Shown: piece after piece, positions 56,667 to 64,000 of the stretch
How the letters are laid out: each line of letters opens with the position of its first letter
Position numbering within the stretch: the stretch's first letter is position 1
Assembly (NCBI GenBank): GCA_951406725.2
Contig: OX597832.1
Location: 9,672,001-9,736,000 of the forward strand
DNA: 64,000 nucleotides
Direction: 5' to 3'
DNA from: Octopus vulgaris
Taxonomy: Eukaryota
Notes under the pieces: generated by a model
What the model saw: the letters and a program-made list of their open reading frames with translations, nothing else
Databases searched by the model: none
Told to the model about the DNA's origin: nothing
Translations under genes and position numbers: made by a program

Positions 56667-57197
56667 CACATATATATATATGTATATATCCTTTGTCAAC
56701 GCACAAGTATAGTGCGAAATTGAGAACGCCTACACATGAAACTTCACGTAGGTGTAAACACTTAGATAACGTTCTAAATAAAAAATCTAAAGAAAGGTTG
56801 TTTATCTTTTTAGGAAAAGAAAAGCCATAAACGTAGAAATTCAAATGTCTTTCATAAGATGTCATAAACTTAAATGATTTCATCAAAACAAAAGAAAAAG
56901 GAACATAGACACACAGTAATTTCATATATTTACTAGTGAAATATGCGGATATTTCCAAATGAAAGGTCTTTCATTTCCTCTCTGAATTAAATTTGATATG
57001 TAGCTGCACACCTTACACTTGCGACGCTTTATGATATATTTTAGAATATATACTATGAAAGTGTGTATACTTTATAACAGGTGAAATTCAGTGGGCGTAC
57101 TGAAATGTAACCTTTTGTATATTTCATAAAATATAGGGGAGGGAAGAAATTTGCAACACGGTGAAACACAAATCTACTGATTTTTGCATATTCCATC

Positions 57198-57270
57198 TAT
57201 AATATAATATAATATAATATAATATGATATAATATAATATGATATAATATAATATGATAAAATATAATAT
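57198..57270. repeat. (ATAAT)n pentanucleotide microsatellite
   Basis: Read directly. Confidence 0.9.
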
Positions 57271-58434
57271 CATGTCCCATCTATAATATTAACGCAGTAT
57301 ATGGGATTTAGTGACACGAACGTCAGCAGTGTGGCACCTTGCAGTCAAATATGAAGGATGTACGAAGACACTATCAAATATAACATCTACAGGATTCTGA
57401 TGTAGCATCAAATAGGCATGAAGAACAATGAAACAATTCTATATTTGTTCTTCCAATGAATAATTATTGCCGACATATGGAGTTGTGCTAGACAGATCAA
57501 GATACGTGAAACCGTCTTGTTTGTCAAAATATCAAATGCGGGAAGGACCAATAATAACCTGGCAGGCAGCTTGGGCAGAAAGTAACTGTGTTGCAAACAG
57601 TATAAAAAATTGCTCTTTAGCTGAATTCACATCAACTATTTGAACATATGTTCAAAGGAAATTGAGAGTGCCGGTCAGATTGGACCTGATTTTTTATATT
57701 TTGTTTTTGTATTGTTTCGACAAGCTTTCGGATAGTTTAAATTCACTTAAATTATTGTTTTTAGTGTTGCTATTTCATTCATGTGTAGAATCATTGCAAG
57801 TTATACGAGAGCTTGTCAGAGTAACATCGTGGTATTTTTGTGAGACCTCGCGATTAAATAAATAATTTATTGGAGGATATGTCGGATTTATTTCTAGGCG
57901 CTGGTTCGAAGTTCTCTACTGTTCAGGTGATTGCATCATTAATGTGATCATTTATTTTGAGGACAGTGTGTAATTTTATTTCATTCAAACTCTTTTCACT
58001 TTCTTCTCAGAAACTGACTTTAACCCTTAAGCTGTTCCGAGTATTGCTACCATCTACATATCAGGCCATCCCATAAGTTCTGTATAATCTTACATTTTTT
58101 ACAAATTGAATGAAATTTAATAGTTCTTTAGAATGTCTAATTGAATTAAAAATTATTTTTATGCATTTGTGTACATTTAAACAAATTAAATATTATTTTA
58201 CAGAATAATAGAATTCAAATATATTTGATTAAAATCCTTTCTAACGTCGAAGTATCCAAAGAGCATTTGAGGCACATAATGCTTTAGGAGTACGAAAAAG
58301 AAACTCTGCAGCCGAATCGCCTCGAAACATAGACTTAGTTTATGGGGTAAAATGCACGAATGGAAGAACTTGCAGAAAATGGTTTGCAAAATTCAGAAGG
58401 GGCGATTTCAGCCTCGAAGAGGGTGATCAAAAAG

Positions 58435-58975
58435 ACGTCAAGTTGAGATAGCTTTTTGACAAATTGCATCCTGATGCCATCCCTGAATTGTTTAACAATC
58501 GCTAGTAGGCCTGTAGTTGATAGTCAATTTTTTGCGAAGATCTTTAAATCATCTATGTAAATGAAATAATTTATATATATAGCAAACATTTTAGAAACGT
58601 ATCGTGCATCGTTGAGCAATTTCTACAGAGGTATTAAGGCTGGACTAAAGAGGAGTGGTTATAGGGTGTCACCCTGGAAAATGCCACATGAAATTCTTAC
58701 ATCCCCAGCATTAACAGATTCACTGTCACTGTTCAATGTCAGCGTGGTTCTCCAAGAACTCATACATAGAGACAAGTTTCGCAGAGTAGGTGGTATTTTA
58801 AACATTTTCAGACATTTCGTAATCCAGTTATCTGGTAGACTATCAAAAGCTTTGTTTATAGTCTATCCAGGCTATCGACAATTTTTGTGCCGTCTGTGAC
58901 AATCTGCGAAGGTAAACTTAATTAATGACTATCTGACCATAAGACCGACGTTTATATCATTTTCTGTTTCAATTC
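58435..58975 (-). pseudogene. R4/Dong-type RT fragment related to family C
   Basis: Reverse complement parallels 30255-30800 (GCCTGGATAGACTAT...AAAGCTTTTGATAG, TGTGGCATTTTCCAGGGTGAC, TACATAGATGATTTAAAG). Confidence 0.85.
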
Positions 58976-58984
58976 CCATATTCT

Positions 58985-59467
58985 TATATTAACTTAATTT
59001 CTCAGATTCCTTGACAGATATATATTTTTTATCAGTGGCAACACTAACATCTATTAGTCCACCAGTATTTTCTTCTTTGTATTTAATGGCTATGTTTGGT
59101 CGAATAGCATGGATCCTTATGTCGGTGTTGATTACAAAATTCTTGAGGATAGTGACATATTTGGCTCAGGAGTGCTAACTTTGTAGTGTTTACATATCTT
59201 TCAGAGTAAATACTGTTCTATCCTATCGTGGCGATATATACGTTTGGTGTCAGCACAGGACATTCCGAGACGAGATGTTGTATTGCTTCATCAAATTTAT
59301 TAAAGAATCTGCACTTAAGTTGGGAACCGTTTTGTAGGACATTATCCTGGTAGCTTTTGGGAGGAAAGCTTTGATCATGTGCCGCCAAAATAATACATTT
59401 TTGTGCCGTCTGTGCCGCCAAAATAATACATTCCGTCTCTAATTTCTATCCTGAGTTTCTTAGTCAC
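58985..59467 (-). pseudogene. R4/Dong-type CCHC/RLE fragment starting at (TAA)n
   Basis: ILAAHDQSFPPKSYQDNVLQNGSQLKCRFFNKFDEAIQHLVSECPVLTP; abuts (TTA)n 59468-59532. Confidence 0.8.
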
Positions 59468-59535
<68 letters not shown>

Positions 59536-61234
59536 TTTTATTATCGGGGTTGTTGTGTAGTTAGCAAGCGTAAAAAGAGAACTTGTAATGTGTTTTTAGT
59601 CCTTTTGCGTCTTGTTTCGGCTCTACGTAATTTCCGCTTATGCGGGTCGAAATGTGAAATTTTATAAACGTGTAGTTATATATTATTTAGAAAGAAAAAT
59701 GAATGACGTTCAAAGATTTTATTTATTGTAGTTGGGATAGTCAGAACCATATAACTTTGATATTGCAACTGACAACGAACAGACGAGTATAACATTGTGA
59801 ACAACAGCATGATAAAAACAACACACTAAAAATAAAAGAAAAATCAGGGGAATGCTCCACCACAAATACCACCACTGCAATCCACGTGTTTGAATGGAAT
59901 AAAAGGAGCGTTAGCATGGATGAGTACAACAATATAGATCATGAAAACCAATGAGTAAAGAGAAAAAATATCTATTCAACACAAACCAATTGAAGGAAAC
60001 ACAAATATATGAAAGAAACAAATAAAACAATGGTTCCAGGTTTGTTACACGCTGTGGTGCAAGAAGTAATAATTCATTGAATGTTCCAAAAAATTAAAAT
60101 AAACCATCGTTAAACCTCTCCTTAAGAGTGCTGAGAGGAAACATATAATTCAACATCCCTGAACACATCCGAGAAGAATGAAATGTAAAAATAGCAACTA
60201 ATAAGCCGACTGTAAAATAAAGCAAGAAACTTGTAACCAACTAGAAAAATGCGCCAGACGATTAATCTAAAAATGGACGTGTGCCGCTTGTCTGCCGTTC
60301 ATTTGTATGTCAACACCTAGGGAGTGGAAGAGATTGCATGCTGTGGCTGAGGATGTATACACTTGCGCTGATGTTATGACATGCTCTATGCTTCCTTGAC
60401 AGGTGTCAGCTACGGTTACAGGCGCACTCCTTTATACGTCGTATCTCTGAAAAGTCGCATCTTTAACTCAACTTGTCTAATGAATTTTATGGTCTGAAAT
60501 ATCGATTGCCTTCAAGGGCTGTCAGTCAATCGGGTTATTAGGAGGTTACATGTTTTGCAGGACATCAATCATGAGAAATTATAAAGGCTTTTTCGGAGAG
60601 GCTCTAGATGTTCACGAAACATATATGTCCGATCAATTTCAATGGACTACTTTCAAGCCGTAGCCTTGTATTCTATAATCTCTAAATACATATTCAGTTT
60701 GACCGTGCTACTGGATAATGGCATTGAGATTTAAATGTAAATTGAACAGATTCAAAATAATGACAACTGGATCTACAAAACGAATAAAGAGCAATCGAAA
60801 AAATCATGCTACACTACAATTGCTTGAGCTTTTCGCACTTGCAACGTTATGCAGTATGCAACAGGCTATCAGCTAATCTGTTATGAAGATATTAGCACCG
60901 AGAGCCTCCGTCCGTAGGACCGCTAAGTTTGATTTTCCAAGGGGATTTGGGAAAGAATTTATTTTAACGAAACAATTTATTTTTCCGAGGGTATTAATGA
61001 AAGAGGTTTCGTGATGGCCCTTCGGAAATGGCTGAAAATAGACATATTCCTCTTCAGCCAAAGATAAAGAAAACGCTTCCACGTTTCAAATGAACATTTA
61101 GATTAATGTTAAGCGGTTGGTGCTGCCTTGAAGGAAATTATTTCAAAGGCACGTGATAGTGATAATAATAACAGGAATGAAAGGGCCTGCTGAGAGGATG
61201 CACCTAAAACTTGATGGAGGTGGGGCAGAAACTA

Positions 61235-61376
61235 TAAGGTTGTCCCAAAAGTTCGTAGAAAGTCTTGGAAAATAATGGTCTTTATTTTGAGGAATAATTT
61301 TTTGTTGTTTTTGTTAGGACTTGGCGAGTAAAAATTCAATTTTCGCAAGTGTTTACGAACTTTTGGGACAAGCTAA
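61235..61376. mobile_element. Mariner-type MITE (~142 bp)
   Basis: TA|TAAGGTTGTCCCAAAAGTTCGTA ... TACGAACTTTTGGGACAAGCTAA|TA. Confidence 0.85.
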
Positions 61377-61659
61377 TATTATTTCCAGGATTAGCATTTC
61401 GAAGTATCTTCCAATTCGCAGACTTATTTCAGGTTTGAACTGCTGTTATATTTCTGACATTTTAATGTTTACTCACGTTATATTGTGTATATCTGTACAG
61501 TCTTCTGTTTTGCAGTAAACATATAGTCAATGGAGTAAACATCATAATTGGTGTGATCATTATTTTTGCTGTTATCATCATTCGAATCATTAATCGATTC
61601 AGTAATGTTTTCAGTATTGATACAACCTGTTGCAAGAAAATTTATTCTTCGATAATTTA

Positions 61660-61990
61660 GATATGTTTCGGGAAAAGCTTGGACCAGGCCATGTCTAACG
61701 TACAAGCACCACCCAATAGGATTTCTCACGCCAATTTAAATTACGTATCATGACCCATTCAAGTAGAGAGTTGTTGACTGTGTTGTACGAGGTATCCCGG
61801 TATAGGTGTCTCACCTTGTTTCCCTTGAAGAAATTTGTCTAGGGTTCGTTTGAATGAGACGGGATATTTTTCTTCTTTAATTTATTTGGGATAATTTTAA
61901 ACAGAACCAGGCTTATTGGGGAAAATAAATTTAGTTACATTGAATTGCGTTGGGACATTTGTCACGACGACCAAGGAATTTTAATTATGG
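61660..61990 (-). mobile_element. Decayed CR1-group LINE 3' end
   Basis: CCAGGCCATGTCTAAC...AGCACCACC..ATAGGATT is shared with 63735-63780. Confidence 0.6.
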
Positions 61991-62489
61991 TTTCATCCAC
62001 TACATTCGTTTTCTATCCCATTGACCTCGTTATTATGACCATCGACAGAATCTGAAACGTCGGATCTATGTTACAGTGACCCTCAAATCACCCATAAAAA
62101 TTCAGTACCATTGTATTCATCACACACCGAGTGCTCAGAGAATGGGTTTTGATCAAAACGATATCACTTTCCAATAAGAGAAACGTTTTAATGATATAAA
62201 AAAGAAAACGAAAATAATTATTTAGGACGTAATGCATAACCTCCGCACGACAACGTATTTTTTAGGCATCATAACGTTCTACATATTGACAATGAAAGTA
62301 TACCAAGCTCTGTACCTTGTAATTAATAATGTCTTTTAGTGTTTCCTGATACTGTTATTATTGCTGATATCAGAGATAGGCTAGTATCTATTAGCTATAA
62401 TATCAGTGTCTTTAATTATAAGGATTAAAACAGTTCGCGAGCCAGTTATTTTCCTTCAGTTCATGTAGCAGTTATTGCGTAGGTTCATA

Positions 62490-62688
62490 TCTTCTTCTTC
62501 TTCTTCTTCTTCTTCTTCTTCTTCTTCTTCTTCTTCTTCTTCTGCTTCTTCTTCTTCTTCTTCTTCTTCTTCTTCTTCTCCTTCTTCATCATCATCATCA
62601 TCATCTTCCATTTCTTCTTCTTGCTTTTCTTCGACTTATTTTTAATAACAGTAATAATAATAATAACGACAATAATAGAAATATTAAT

Positions 62689-62772
<84 letters not shown>

Positions 62773-62929
62773 TGTAATGTAATTGTTGCTATTATGGATA
62801 GAATTGTCATCTGTATATGTGTCTTATATTAGTTTTGTTCTTCTTTATATCTAATAGTCAATTGCTGATCTCGTTGTTGCTACTTGTAAAAGTAATGAAT
62901 GTGCAGTAGAAAAAGAACACGAAGGAGGA

Positions 62930-62960
<31 letters not shown>

Positions 62961-63092
62961 AAGAAGGAGAAGAAGAAGGAAAAGAAGGAGAAGTAGAAGA
63001 AGAGGAAGAAGTAGAAGAAGACGAAGACGAAGTGGACGAATAAGAGGAATATAAACAAAACCGTATGATGTTGATGATGATGATGATGATGA
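62490..63092. repeat. Compound microsatellite: (TTC)n, (ATC)n, (TAA)n, (GAA)n, (GAT)n
   Basis: Read directly. Confidence 0.9.
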
Positions 63093-63599
63093 GAAAGCTG
63101 AAGAATAATTGGAGGAAAATTAGGCGAAAACCAAAGGAAAAAAAAGAAACAAGATAACAGCGAAAAGAAAACAGTATTTCTATTAATTATGTCTTACAAC
63201 GGATATTTTGTTCACTACTTTATCTCTTCATTTTTTTTTTTTTTTTGAGAGGTTTTGCATTCGTTGGTTTTTGTTAGAAAATCTGAAATACTATTAGCTT
63301 TACTGAGGTTGTTCATATTCTCGTGAAATTGTCTAAGGAAACAAATGCTTAGTCATCACTAAGACACGTTGCCAGATTTATCATCATGTATTTCAAGAAG
63401 CAATTATTTAGTGATATTGATTAATAGACTATTGAGAGACAAAAATACAAAATGATAAAAAAAAAATAGCAGGAACAAAATTTTGCAGTCAACAATGTCT
63501 GATATATGTAGCTTTTTTGTACATATCTATTTATACACACACAAACAGACACGCGTATGTGTATATATGAGTAAATATAATGGCAATCACCTGTCCCTA

Positions 63600-63631
<32 letters not shown>

Positions 63632-63709
63632 GTTAATATATCTATATAGACAAATATGTATTATATATATATATTTATACGTATATATATATATAAAACT
63701 TAGATAAAA

Positions 63710-64000
63710 CTTAGATATGTTTCGACCAGAGATTGGTCCAGGCCATGTCTAACTTAATAGCACCACCTGATAGGATTATTCGAATCCTGTTTAAGTCAAG
63801 TTTTGTTCAAGTAGTGAGTTCTTGTTGGGTGAGTTGTATCCAATTATGGGTGGCTTGTCTGGTATTCTTTGAAGGAATCCATCCAGACTCTGTTTGAAGT
63901 TGATGGGATCCTTTTCCTCTTTGATCTCCCTCGGGACAATGTTAAATAGGGCAGGGCCTGTTGAGGAAAAGAAATTATGTTGCAGTGTACATGTATGTTG
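63710..64000 (-). mobile_element. CR1-group LINE 3' end (continues beyond the window)
   Basis: Minus strand reads TLQHNFFSSTGPALFNIVPREIKEEKDPINFKQSLDGFLQRIPDKP..GYNSPNKNSLLE, followed by the 3' UTR. Confidence 0.85.

Noticed and set aside
58060-58330. Possible mariner terminal fragment (TATCAGGCCATCCCATAAGTTCTG)
   Set aside because: No matching second TIR or readable transposase in the window.
60400-61170. Possible L1/Tx1-like RT relic
   Set aside because: Only faint resemblance; no motif could be read reliably.

Overview
AT-rich eukaryotic repeat-dominated DNA with no convincing host protein-coding exon; it is probably intergenic or part of a large intron. The tRNA-derived SINE families and repeat make-up look like an octopus genome (recognition, not a database result). 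Most long ORFs in the track are microsatellite artefacts. Real content: (1) a cluster of R4/Dong-type RLE non-LTR retrotransposons stacked in one (TAA)n tract at 28.2-32.5 kb, including a young copy with a 637-aa open RT-CCHC-RLE frame; (2) Penelope-like elements (two decayed Neptune-type RT/GIY-YIG copies) and many solo pseudo-LTR fragments in (TA)n, several with hammerhead-ribozyme (HHR) cores; (3) three Helitrons; (4) a full-length 1278-bp mariner plus mariner, maT and pogo relics and a MITE; (5) CR1-group LINE 3' ends and SINEs; (6) a 100-N gap. The most notable pattern is repeated head-to-head fold-back of Penelope-type termini at different ages: a 469-bp near-perfect palindrome with an HHR on each strand (42553-43021), an 87-bp hairpin, an old 2.6-kb inverted repeat, and a tRNA-headed SINE-like element with the same architecture.
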